From positions 1 through 43,260 of the forward strand of contig JBDRLB010000045.1 in the NCBI GenBank assembly GCA_043813365.1: 43,260 bases of DNA, given 5' to 3'. This DNA is from Candidatus Micrarchaeota archaeon. Lineage in GTDB: Archaea; Micrarchaeota; Micrarchaeia; Norongarragalinales; SBBD01. Below, in pieces: positions 1 through 8,651 of this stretch. Each line of letters starts with the position of its first letter. The stretch's first letter is position 1. The translations under genes and the position numbers were made by a program. The notes beneath the pieces were generated by a model that worked only from the letters and a program-made list of their open reading frames with translations, was not told the origin of the DNA and made no database searches.

Positions 1-122
1 TCTGCGTTTTTTACTACTGAAATCGGTTGATTATTGCTTATTTCCACAAAAAAAGAACGAATGTCGCTAGTTTTTAGGGGTTAAAGAAGCGGCAACGTTT
101 ATATACTTAAAACCGCATTTTA

Positions 123-434
123 GTGGAACGTGGGTGGGGGGCTTTGGCGGACATTATGCTCGCGTACGAGTTCATGATCATTGCAGCAGGCATATGGCTA
201 TTCATGCAGTTGACCTTTGCTAGGGGGACAATCAAGGAGGCCATGGTCATGGCGATGATGGGATTTGTTGCCGTGCAGCTCCTGCAGGGGCAGGGGATGG
301 CTTTCGTTGCCGCAATATTGGGAATAATCGCGTTCTTGGGGCTGAAAATTTACGATGTCGATATGCTGCCGGGAGGCGCGACTGTGCTTTCGTTGATTGT
401 AACCGTATTGCTGCTTTTCTCTTTCTCGGGATGA
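123..434 (+). CDS. small hydrophobic membrane protein, paralog 1 of 3
   Basis: 103-aa ORF, almost entirely hydrophobic. Shares the 'IW(L/M/F)...AM/AL.LA' pattern with the next two ORFs. ATGA overlap with the next gene. GTG start is uncertain. Confidence 0.7.
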   Translation: MERGWGALADIMLAYEFMIIAAGIWLFMQLTFARGTIKEAMVMAMMGFVAVQLLQGQGMAFVAAILGIIAFLGLKIYDVDMLPGGATVLSLIVTVLLLFSFSG

Positions 435-760
435 TGCAAATGGCGATATACTACCTTTCGGATTTGGTGATGGGGACGGATTTCCTGTATTCGGTAATAT
501 TCCTCACATTCGTAATTTGGATGGTGCTGAAGTACTTCTTTCATTTCGACAGTGCAATGCACGCGCTTATACTCGCGGTTATGGCGATTATTTTCCTTCC
601 GTTCATTGTTTATGCGACGCAAATTGGGCCTGCATTCGTGATTATTTTGCTCATAGGTTCGCTGGCATTGTCGCAGACATACCGCTGGCCGCTTTCAACG
701 AGCATGATGATAATGGTTGTTGCGCTGCTTGCTGGGGCAATGCTATTGCCGGCATATTAA
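431..760 (+). CDS. small hydrophobic membrane protein, paralog 2 of 3
   Basis: 109 aa with about 4 TM segments. The pattern FLY...FLT..IW...FLP...Q(I/V)G.AF...L.GS..LS.TY.W.L is shared with 770..1090. Confidence 0.8.
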   Translation: MMQMAIYYLSDLVMGTDFLYSVIFLTFVIWMVLKYFFHFDSAMHALILAVMAIIFLPFIVYATQIGPAFVIILLIGSLALSQTYRWPLSTSMMIMVVALLAGAMLLPAY

Positions 761-769
761 AGTGATAAT

Positions 770-1090
770 ATGGATCTTTCATACGTAGCACAGGCGGTTT
801 TAACACCGGAATTCCTTTACCCTTATGCATTCCTAACGCTCATGATATGGTTCTTCATGCGCGTGCTATTCAATTATGATGATTTGGGGCAGGCGATGGT
901 GCTTGCACTTGTTGCAATGCTATTCCTTCCGGCAATTCTCGCTTCCATGCAGGTGGGGTCGGCGTTCCTGCTCTTGATTTTGGTGGGAAGCATGGTGCTT
1001 TCCTACACGTACCAATGGGATTTGGGGGCGACGATTTTGATATTCCTGATTTCGCTGTATGCTGCGAGCGTCATTATGCCGGTTTTTTGA
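770..1090 (+). CDS. small hydrophobic membrane protein, paralog 3 of 3
   Basis: 106 aa, clearly alignable by eye with 431..760. Followed by a T-rich tract. Confidence 0.8.
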   Translation: MDLSYVAQAVLTPEFLYPYAFLTLMIWFFMRVLFNYDDLGQAMVLALVAMLFLPAILASMQVGSAFLLLILVGSMVLSYTYQWDLGATILIFLISLYAASVIMPVF

Positions 1091-1228
1091 TTGTTTATTA
1101 GTCCGTAAATTTATCCTTTTTCGGCCATTTTTGGGAAAAAGAAGGCAGGAAAGCGTGCATTTGGCGCAAAAGAAAGGTTTATAATGGCTTTCCAGTATAT
1201 TCATACTCTCTTGTTGGGTCGATAAAAT

Positions 1229-1354
1229 ATGTATAAATGTGGAAGGTGCGGGAAGGAATTCAGTGAGTTAGAGTTCACCCGATGCGTGTCATGCGACAAC
1301 AAGATCCTCTATAAGGTTACTCCTCCGGTACTTCATAAGGTAAAGGCGGATTGA
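1229..1354 (+). CDS. rpoP: DNA-directed RNA polymerase subunit P (Rpo12)
   Basis: Not in the ORF track. My translation is MYKCGRCGKEFSELEFTRCVSCDNKILYKVTPPVLHKVKAD*, showing the YKC.RCG...RC..C..KILYK...VKA zinc-ribbon pattern typical of archaeal RpoP. Confidence 0.9.
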   Translation: MYKCGRCGKEFSELEFTRCVSCDNKILYKVTPPVLHKVKAD

Positions 1355-1509
1355 ACTGATTAGGGTTTTTAAGCAGGGGAAATAGCACTTGGTGCCTCCC
1401 TTGCAAAAGATGGGCCTGCAGGAAACGGGAAGGGCACATGTTTCCGAGGCCAAATATAGGAAATCGTTAGTAATGGTCCACATGCCATTATTCATTATTG
1501 TGTGAGTTT

Positions 1510-2478
1510 ATGGGAGATAAGGGGCCCCGCAGGGGATCTTTGGCGTATTGGCACAGGAAGCGTGCTGACAGGCTAGTTCCGAGAATGCGCTCATGGAGCT
1601 TTGCAGGCAAGGGCTTGCAGGGATTCCTCGGCTACAAGGCAGGCATGGGGCAGGTGCTGATGATAGAGGATGCCGAATCGCCCTTCAAGAACCAGGAGGT
1701 AACCAAAGCAGTGACTGTGATTGAGGTGCCCCCGCTTTATGTTTATGCGATTACCGCTTACGAGGATACCACAGTAGGCTTGAAGAAGATCGCGGAAATT
1801 CCCGCATTGAATGCCCCAAAGCAGCTGAAAAGGAGCATGACAGTTGCAAAGAAGGCGAAAATGAAAATCGAGGAGCTGCACAATTTGCCGCTTGCGGATG
1901 TGCGCGTGCTGGTCTGCACCCAGCCATGGAAAATTGATTTGAAGAAAACCCCGGAAATCGCCGAAATTGCGATTTCAGGAAAGGACGCGGTTGAGAAATT
2001 GAATTACGCAAAGGATGTCCTTGGGAAGGAAATGAAGGTCACTGATGTTTTTTCAGACGGCGATGTTGTTGATGCCATTGCGGTTACAAAGGGGAAAGGC
2101 TGGCAGGGGATTGTGAAGAGGTTCGGAGTTGCATTGGGGCCGAGGAAGGCAACTCAAAGGAGGAGGCACGGAGGCTCGATCGGGCCGGAAACTGCAGGGA
2201 AGGTCATGTACACAATTCCCAGGGCAGGGCAAATGGGTTACCATCGCAGGACGGATAGCAACAAGCGAATACTCCAGATAGGGGAGGCTGCAAAGAACAA
2301 GGATATTTTGCCCGCGGACGGTTTTGTCGATTATGGCACGTTGAAATCGGAATACCTGCTTATTGAGGGAAGCCTGCCGGGGCCGGAGAAAAGAGTGATT
2401 ATGCTAAGGAAGAATTACGGCGGAAAAGCTGCGAAGAAAGCGGATGTGAGGAAGCTGTTGTTCAACGCAAAGGCATGA
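1510..2478 (+). CDS. rpl3: 50S ribosomal protein uL3
   Basis: Motifs PRRGSLA, GYKAGM, TKGKGWQG.VKRFG and RAGQMGYHRRT. Start moved to ATG 1510. Confidence 0.97.
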   Translation: MGDKGPRRGSLAYWHRKRADRLVPRMRSWSFAGKGLQGFLGYKAGMGQVLMIEDAESPFKNQEVTKAVTVIEVPPLYVYAITAYEDTTVGLKKIAEIPALNAPKQLKRSMTVAKKAKMKIEELHNLPLADVRVLVCTQPWKIDLKKTPEIAEIAISGKDAVEKLNYAKDVLGKEMKVTDVFSDGDVVDAIAVTKGKGWQGIVKRFGVALGPRKATQRRRHGGSIGPETAGKVMYTIPRAGQMGYHRRTDSNKRILQIGEAAKNKDILPADGFVDYGTLKSEYLLIEGSLPGPEKRVIMLRKNYGGKAAKKADVRKLLFNAKA

Positions 2479-2496
2479 AAATAATTCTGTGATTAC

Positions 2497-3300
2497 ATGG
2501 AAGTAAAAGTTCTGGATCTGGAAGGGAAGGAGGAGAAGCAGGTGCAGCTTCCGGAGCAGTTCGCAACAGAGGTGCGCGAGGATCTCATAAGGCGCGCTTT
2601 CCATTCGGAGAGGAGCTACATATTCCAGCCCAAGGGCGCGTTCAGGCTTGCAGGCATCACAACTACTGCCGAATATTACGGAAGGAGGCATTCATGGAGG
2701 CAGACAATCAACACCGGAAGGTCAAGGCTCCCGAGGGAAAAGATTCCGGGAGGAAGGAGCGGGAGGGTGCTGGAGGTGCCGCATGCGGCGAAAGGAAGGA
2801 GGGCGCACCCGCCGAAACCGGAAAAGAAACTTATCGAAAGGATGAACATCAAGGAAAAGCACTTTGCATTAAGAAGCGCAATTGCCGCAACCCTGAGCAA
2901 GGAGCTTGTTTCCGCGAGGGGACATCTGTTCGATGGCAACGGATTGCCCGTCATTGTCGATTCCTCAATTGAGCAGGTGAAAAAGGCGAAGGAAGCGCGT
3001 TCCATGCTCGTAAAATTAGGCGCAGGAAAAGATTTGGAGCGTGCGCAGAAAAGGAGAAAGATGCGCAGCGGCAGGGCCCGGCTCAGGAAGGGAGGATACA
3101 TAACACCGAAAAGCGTGCTGATTGTTGTTTCGGAGGATAAGGGGATTTGGAAGGCCGCAAGGAATATCCCCGGAGTTGACGTTTGCACAGTTGACAAATT
3201 AACAGCGGAGCTTCTCGCACCGGGAGGGAATCCAGGAAGGTATACCATCTGGAGCGAGAGCGCAATTCTTAGAATGGGGAAGGAAAACCTGTACATGTGA
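2497..3300 (+). CDS. rpl4: 50S ribosomal protein uL4
   Basis: Motifs VREDLIRRA, GRSRLPR, GRRAHPPK, ARNIPGVDV and LLAPGG.PGR.TIWSE. Follows uL3. Confidence 0.97.
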   Translation: MEVKVLDLEGKEEKQVQLPEQFATEVREDLIRRAFHSERSYIFQPKGAFRLAGITTTAEYYGRRHSWRQTINTGRSRLPREKIPGGRSGRVLEVPHAAKGRRAHPPKPEKKLIERMNIKEKHFALRSAIAATLSKELVSARGHLFDGNGLPVIVDSSIEQVKKAKEARSMLVKLGAGKDLERAQKRRKMRSGRARLRKGGYITPKSVLIVVSEDKGIWKAARNIPGVDVCTVDKLTAELLAPGGNPGRYTIWSESAILRMGKENLYM

Positions 3301-3304
3301 GATT

Positions 3305-3553
3305 ATGGCAATTTTATACGCGCAAACAACCGAAAAGTCCGTTGCGGGCATCGAGAAGGAGAACAAGCTCGTCTTCATTGTGGAGAAGGGCGCAACGAAA
3401 AAGACCGTGAAGGAGGAGGTCGAAAAAACATTCAATGAGAAGGTCAAGGATGTTAGGATGATCAACGCATTCAGCGGAAAGAAGAAGGCGATCGTGAAAT
3501 TCGTCAGGAAAAACGCGGCCCAGGACGTGGCTTCGAAATTGAAACTTATCTAA
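3305..3553 (+). CDS. rpl23: 50S ribosomal protein uL23
   Basis: TTEKS...EKENKLVFIV...ATK...KKKAIV pattern and operon position. Confidence 0.95.
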   Translation: MAILYAQTTEKSVAGIEKENKLVFIVEKGATKKTVKEEVEKTFNEKVKDVRMINAFSGKKKAIVKFVRKNAAQDVASKLKLI

Positions 3554-3562
3554 GTGGTATGA

Positions 3563-4294
3563 ATGGGAACCCGGTTAAACGTACAGAAAAGGGGGCATGG
3601 AGGGCCCGCATTCAGGGTGCCAAGCCACCGCTTCGTTTCCGATGCGAAATACCCTGCAACTTCCGGCGATAGGGTACGCGGGGAAGTGATCGGTTTCGTG
3701 CAGGATCCCTCGAAGGACGTGGTGCTTGCAAAAATCATTCTTCAGAACAACAAGGAAATCTACCTCATTGCAGCTGAAGGGATGCATATAGGGCAGATAA
3801 TCCAGATCGGGAAGCAGGTTGAGAACGATATTGGGAACATCACCACTCTGGAAAACGTGCCGGATTCCGTTGCGGTCTACAATGTGGAGCTGGATCCCAT
3901 GGATGGGGGAAAGGTCGCGCGTTCCTCGGGCGCAAACGTGCTCGTTGTTTCGCACGATGAGGATACGGGGATGGTGGAGATCAAGCTTCCCTCGAAAAAA
4001 ACGATTTTCCTTGATAAGGGATGCAGGGCAACGCTGGGAATCGCATCATGCGGAGGCAAGGCGGAAAAACCCCTGAAGAAGGCGGGGACTGCCCACCACA
4101 AATGGCATTCGAGGAACAAATACTGGCCGATTGTAAGGGGAACGGCAATGAGCGCATATGATCACCCGCATGGTGGAAAGAGCTTCGGCAAGAGCTCCAT
4201 GAGGAAGAGGGGCACTCCTCCGGGCAAGTATGTCGGCCACCGTGCTGCAAGGAGAGTCGGCAGGACAAGGGGGAAGTCGGTATTGCAGGAATGA
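3563..4294 (+). CDS. rpl2: 50S ribosomal protein uL2
   Basis: Motifs QKRGHG, DGGKVARSSG and WPIVRGTAM...HPHGG. Confidence 0.97.
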   Translation: MGTRLNVQKRGHGGPAFRVPSHRFVSDAKYPATSGDRVRGEVIGFVQDPSKDVVLAKIILQNNKEIYLIAAEGMHIGQIIQIGKQVENDIGNITTLENVPDSVAVYNVELDPMDGGKVARSSGANVLVVSHDEDTGMVEIKLPSKKTIFLDKGCRATLGIASCGGKAEKPLKKAGTAHHKWHSRNKYWPIVRGTAMSAYDHPHGGKSFGKSSMRKRGTPPGKYVGHRAARRVGRTRGKSVLQE

Positions 4295-4322
4295 AAGTAG
4301 CGTCATGATTTGGTGAAAAAAA

Positions 4323-4706
4323 ATGGCAAAGAAATTCACTTTTCGCGGAATGGAAATCGAGGAGGCAAGGAAGCTCCCGTTGGAAAAATTCCTCCAGCTC
4401 ATCCCGACAAAAGTGCGCAGGAGCATGAGGAGGATGGCCGCTAAAATCAAGATATTCATCAGCCATATGCGAAAAAGGGACCCCAAGAAGCCCATGAGGA
4501 CGCATCTGCGCGAAATGGTGATAATCCCGGAAATGCTCGACAGGCGTTTCCAGGTATATAACGGCAAGGACTGGATCGATGTGCAGGTAACGCTGCCCAT
4601 GCTGGGAAGGAGGCTGGGCGAATTCTCAATCCCAATCAAGCTCGTCAAGCATTCGGGCCCGGGTATCGGGGCAACAAGAGGATCGAAATCAGTTGAATTG
4701 AAGTAG
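4323..4706 (+). CDS. rps19: 30S ribosomal protein uS19
   Basis: Motifs FTFRG, RTHLREMVIIPEM, VYNGK, MLGRRLGEFS and GIGATRGS. Confidence 0.97.
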   Translation: MAKKFTFRGMEIEEARKLPLEKFLQLIPTKVRRSMRRMAAKIKIFISHMRKRDPKKPMRTHLREMVIIPEMLDRRFQVYNGKDWIDVQVTLPMLGRRLGEFSIPIKLVKHSGPGIGATRGSKSVELK

Positions 4707-4729
4707 AAAAAAACACATGTGAATTCCAT

Positions 4730-5437
4730 ATGAGTCTGTATAAATTCTCATTCAAAGTCCGGGACGAGAAGGAGGTCGCAAGGGCGCAGGCATACGATCT
4801 GGATGCAAGCTACAAGGATTTGGCGAACGTATTCCATGCGCTGAAGGGGAAAACCCTTCCGGCAGCGAAGAAGCTGCTCGAGGAATGCATCGCGATGAAA
4901 AAACCAATCAGGTACGTGAAATTCAACAAGGGGCTCGGTCACCGCTCGCAATTGGGAGGGAAGAAGGGAAGGTTCCCGAAGAAAGAGGCAAGGATCGTGC
5001 TTACGCTGCTGAAAAGCGCCGAAGCGAACGCGAATTTCAAGGGATTGGACATTGAGACTCTTGTCGTGAGGCAGGGGGCGGCATACAAGCAGAATGTGAT
5101 GCGCAGGTACAGGCAGCATTTCGGCTCTTCCATTACTTTGGGGTATGGGAAGCAGTCAATCTGGGCGAATTACGAGACGTGCCGTGCTGAAATCGTGCTC
5201 GCGAAGGGAAGCGAGAAGGATCTGATGAAGATGATAAAGGCGCAGAAGAAATCAGCGGAGAAAAAGAAGGCACCGCAAAAGGGAAAAAATGAAAATAAGG
5301 GCAGCAACATTTCAAACGGAACAAAGGCAAACGCTGAAAATAAGGGGAACATTGCGGTTGCAACCCAAACTTTGAAGCATGAAGAGCACAAAACGGCCGA
5401 GCATGCCGGCCACGAGCACGGGGAGCACAAGCATTGA
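4730..5437 (+). CDS. rpl22: 50S ribosomal protein uL22 with long Lys/Asn/His-rich C-terminal extension
   Basis: GRFPKKEA...LLKSAEANA..KGLD core of archaeal uL22, plus operon position. The tail ends HEEHKTAEHAGHEHGEHKH. Confidence 0.93.
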   Translation: MSLYKFSFKVRDEKEVARAQAYDLDASYKDLANVFHALKGKTLPAAKKLLEECIAMKKPIRYVKFNKGLGHRSQLGGKKGRFPKKEARIVLTLLKSAEANANFKGLDIETLVVRQGAAYKQNVMRRYRQHFGSSITLGYGKQSIWANYETCRAEIVLAKGSEKDLMKMIKAQKKSAEKKKAPQKGKNENKGSNISNGTKANAENKGNIAVATQTLKHEEHKTAEHAGHEHGEHKH

Positions 5438-5454
5438 TTATGAGGTAGATGTAA

Positions 5455-6399
5455 TTGGCAACAGAAAAGAAATTTCTCGCAAAATCCATGGATGATCTCC
5501 TGATAAAGCAATACTTGCAGAAGGAGCTCATGAACGCGGGCATTTCCACCATAGTAATACAGAAGACGCCTCTTGCAACCAGGGTTGCAATACGCGTGAA
5601 GAAGCCCAGCATGGTAATTGGGAAGAAGGGCGCAACTGTTAAGAGCATAACAGAGAAATTGGAGAAGGACTTTGGCGTAGACAACCCCCAGCTCGACATC
5701 ATCGAGGTAGAGAACCCATCATTGGACGCAAAATTGGTCGCAGAAAGGATTGCCAGGCAGATAGAAATCGAGGGGAACATCAAGCAGATCATGCGCATGA
5801 ACCTCCGAGATGTCAAGGAAGCGGGAGCAATTGGGACGGAAATCATCTGCTCCGGCAAGGTTGTGGGGAAGGGAGGGAAGGCCAAGGCGCTCAAGATGCG
5901 CCACGGCTACATGAAGAAGGCAGGCGATTTGCTGAAATTGATCGATATGGCAAGGGCGGTCGCATATTTGAAGGCGGGTGCGATCGGAGTAACTGTCAAA
6001 ATCGTGCATCCGGACGTTGTTTTCCCGGATTCCATGAAAATCGATTATGAGAAAGTTGCACAGGGAGTGGTTGAGGGGGTAGTGGTGGAGAAAACCGAAG
6101 AGCAGAAGGCTATTGAGGAGGAAGCCGAAAAGAAAATGAAGGAGAAAATTGCGGCCGCAAAGAAGGAAGCGAAGGAACGTGCAGAAAGAAGGAGGAAATT
6201 CCATAAGCCTGTGAAGAAGAAGCCCACTTACGAGGCGGAAAACCTCATCAAGAGCGCCGAGGAGCCCTCCCACAAGCCAGCTGAAGCTGCAGGTGAAAAA
6301 CCCGCGCACCATGAACACAAGCCGGCGGCTGAGGCAAAGGCTGCAAATGAAAATAAGCCTGCGGAAGGCGAATCGCACGGTGAAAATCCAGCCAAGTAG
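5455..6399 (+). CDS. rps3: 30S ribosomal protein uS3 with charged/His-containing C-terminal extension
   Basis: KH-domain KPSMVIGKKG, plus LDAKLVAE.IA and GA.G.EII.SGK. TTG start preceded by a GAGGT SD-like sequence. Confidence 0.95.
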   Translation: MATEKKFLAKSMDDLLIKQYLQKELMNAGISTIVIQKTPLATRVAIRVKKPSMVIGKKGATVKSITEKLEKDFGVDNPQLDIIEVENPSLDAKLVAERIARQIEIEGNIKQIMRMNLRDVKEAGAIGTEIICSGKVVGKGGKAKALKMRHGYMKKAGDLLKLIDMARAVAYLKAGAIGVTVKIVHPDVVFPDSMKIDYEKVAQGVVEGVVVEKTEEQKAIEEEAEKKMKEKIAAAKKEAKERAERRRKFHKPVKKKPTYEAENLIKSAEEPSHKPAEAAGEKPAHHEHKPAAEAKAANENKPAEGESHGENPAK

Positions 6400-6425
6400 C
6401 CATTTTGCATATTATCGTGATTTTT

Positions 6426-6629
6426 ATGGCAATTGTCAAGAAACGGGATTTGAGGGCAATGAGCGTTGAAGAGCTCAAAATCAAACTGAAGGAGACCGAA
6501 CTCGCATTCATGGAGGAAAGGGCGAACATCAAGGGAGGGAAGAGGCAGAAGCAGATCAAGTACAAACCATTGAGGAAGCTGAAAGCCCGCATTAAAACAT
6601 ACCTTCACCAAAGGGGAGTTAAAACCTGA
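6426..6629 (+). CDS. rpl29: 50S ribosomal protein uL29
   Basis: MAIVKKRDLRAMS.EEL..KL.E...LRK.KARIKT pattern. Start moved to ATG 6426. Confidence 0.92.
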   Translation: MAIVKKRDLRAMSVEELKIKLKETELAFMEERANIKGGKRQKQIKYKPLRKLKARIKTYLHQRGVKT

Positions 6630-6718
6630 TTTTTTGGAGGCATTCCAAGTGATCCAACCAAACCTTTTTTAACCAAGGGCGGCTAACACATATTACAAAT
6701 AAAAAGAGGATATGACTG

Positions 6719-7024
6719 ATGCCCGGGATTTGTCCAAAATGCGGCCTTCCGCTCGACATTCACGCATGTGACTCACTCTCAAAGGAATCGGTTGCCCAGA
6801 TCCGCGTCTATACCACCAAGAGCCGTTACCAGAAGCTGGTTACTGTTGTGGAGGGGCTGAAGGGCGAGGAGCTGGACAAGGCCACCAAGGAGCTTAAGCA
6901 CAAACTGGCCTGCGGCGGCACCCATAAGGACGGACTGATAGTTCTGCAAGGCAACCATAAGGAGAAGACTGTTGATTACCTAGTCAAATTAGGCTACCCG
7001 AAGGAAATCATCAAACTTGGCTGA
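6719..7024 (+). CDS. sui1: translation initiation factor aIF1 (SUI1)
   Basis: CPKCGLP N-terminus and LKHKLACGGT.K...I.LQGNH SUI1 motif. Canonical position after uL29. Confidence 0.95.
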   Translation: MPGICPKCGLPLDIHACDSLSKESVAQIRVYTTKSRYQKLVTVVEGLKGEELDKATKELKHKLACGGTHKDGLIVLQGNHKEKTVDYLVKLGYPKEIIKLG

Positions 7025-7052
7025 TTTTCTCGATTAGCAGTTTAAGCATTTT

Positions 7053-8588
7053 CTACTCCCCTAATTTGCGGATTATCCCTTTCGTTGCATCAACTTCAAC
7101 CTCATCCCCGTCCTTGAGCCATTTGGTCGCTATTTTGGTGCCTATGACGCAGGGGATTTTCAGCTCCCTGCTGACTATCGCGGCATGGCAGGTGACCCCG
7201 CCCTCATCCGTCACAATTGCGCCCGCTTTTTTCATTGCCGGCACTATGTTCGGGTTGGTGGCCATTGAAACAAGAATGTCGCCCTGCTGCATTTTCACCA
7301 TATCGGATGCTTTGCCGATAATTTTTACAACGCCCCGAACCAAACCGGGGTACGCAGGAGTGCCCTTCAGTTCCTTGAGGTTCATGTCCGCCTCCTCATG
7401 CACAACCAATTTTGAATATTTTTCCGCTTCCTTCCCAACATAAATACGGAATCCCTTCTCATCGCAAATCGTGACATTGTGCTTTATGCGCTCATTCAGC
7501 AAATCCGCATCAGCAGTCCCTTTTTGGAGCCACTCCCTTATTTCCGAATTGGTTGCATGCCTCACTTGCTTTGGGGAGAGCTCCAGCCGCTTTGCAAATT
7601 CCCGTATAAGCAGATCGGAATTCCGCGAACCAATGAAAACCGAATCCTTCCTGAGCCCCTTGAGATAGCTGAATTTACGCGCAACTTCGCACCAATATTT
7701 TTCTTCGGAAGAAAGGTTGAGATGCTTTTCAACATCGCGCTGCTGCTTTTCAATCTCCTTCCCATGCGCAAGAAGTGCCTCCTTCTTCCTTTTCCCATCG
7801 GTTCCCTGCTTCAATTCGCTCCGGAGCAAATCGCAGAAGAAGCGGCCATCAGCGAGGTCAGGCCCGTCGTAATGGAAGTTGATCCAATCGTATTTCTCAA
7901 CGTGTTTAAGAAGGAAGGAGTTGATAGCGGGGATTTTATGCAAATTGGTGATGATGCCCTCCAGCTCCATGCTGAAAATCAGCGTTGCTTCCTTATCCTC
8001 CTGTATTTCCTCCAAAATTTTGAAGAATTCTATTTCCTGTTGCTGCAGGAATGAAAGTTCAATTGGCGCTCCAAGGGTGCCGAACGCCTCTCCGGCTGAA
8101 ATCCCGGAGTTGCTTGCCTCTGCCCGCTGCTCCAGGAAAGCCATAATCTTGTTGGTGAGCATGAAATGGCCGAAATCCGCCAAATTGACGATGTCGCCCC
8201 AGCCGTTCATCCATTCCCACTTGTCCAGTAGGGAATCGTAAAGGTCGCACAACTGACCATTTTCAATTTTCGCCAAATCCATTCCCATTATTTTTTTTGA
8301 GAGCTCTTGGACTTCCTTTGCTGTTTTTTCCTGCCCATCATAGGTTTCCATCAGGAAGGCGGGTTTTTCCAGCCTTTTCAGCACGATCTTGCCCAGTTCG
8401 TCCCACTCGATGATTTCCCCGTCCGTTCTAGCGCAGTAGTACCGATGCGCATCCTTGCCATCCAATAGGAGGGTATTATTGGGGACGCCGATGAGTTTCT
8501 CCAGCTTATAATGGGAGCCGCGGATATAGCAGCAGGCGTGGACATATAGGGACGAATGGTCTTCCGCGAATTTCTTCCATTTTTTCAT
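7053..8588 (-). CDS. PEP-utilizer mobile (swivel phospho-His) domain protein with divergent N-terminal putative acceptor-binding region; array member 7
   Basis: C-terminal GDILV...TNPNIVPAMKKAGAIVTDEGGVTCHAAIVSRELKIPCVIGT. No ATP-grasp or pyruvate-binding TIM-barrel motifs. Confidence 0.9.
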   Translation of the reverse strand: MKKWKKFAEDHSSLYVHACCYIRGSHYKLEKLIGVPNNTLLLDGKDAHRYYCARTDGEIIEWDELGKIVLKRLEKPAFLMETYDGQEKTAKEVQELSKKIMGMDLAKIENGQLCDLYDSLLDKWEWMNGWGDIVNLADFGHFMLTNKIMAFLEQRAEASNSGISAGEAFGTLGAPIELSFLQQQEIEFFKILEEIQEDKEATLIFSMELEGIITNLHKIPAINSFLLKHVEKYDWINFHYDGPDLADGRFFCDLLRSELKQGTDGKRKKEALLAHGKEIEKQQRDVEKHLNLSSEEKYWCEVARKFSYLKGLRKDSVFIGSRNSDLLIREFAKRLELSPKQVRHATNSEIREWLQKGTADADLLNERIKHNVTICDEKGFRIYVGKEAEKYSKLVVHEEADMNLKELKGTPAYPGLVRGVVKIIGKASDMVKMQQGDILVSMATNPNIVPAMKKAGAIVTDEGGVTCHAAIVSRELKIPCVIGTKIATKWLKDGDEVEVDATKGIIRKLGE

Positions 8589-8613
8589 CAGAATCCTCCT
8601 TGATTTCCAAATA

Positions 8614-8630
8614 GAGTTATTGAAAAATTA
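8614..8630 (-). promoter_or_regulatory. putative promoter motif, copy 2
   Basis: GAGTTATTGAAAAATTA (+ strand) matches 18453..18469 at 15 of 17 positions. Lies upstream of the 8588 start and its GGAGG SD. Confidence 0.5.
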
Positions 8631-8651
8631 CCGGCATATGAGTTAAAATAG

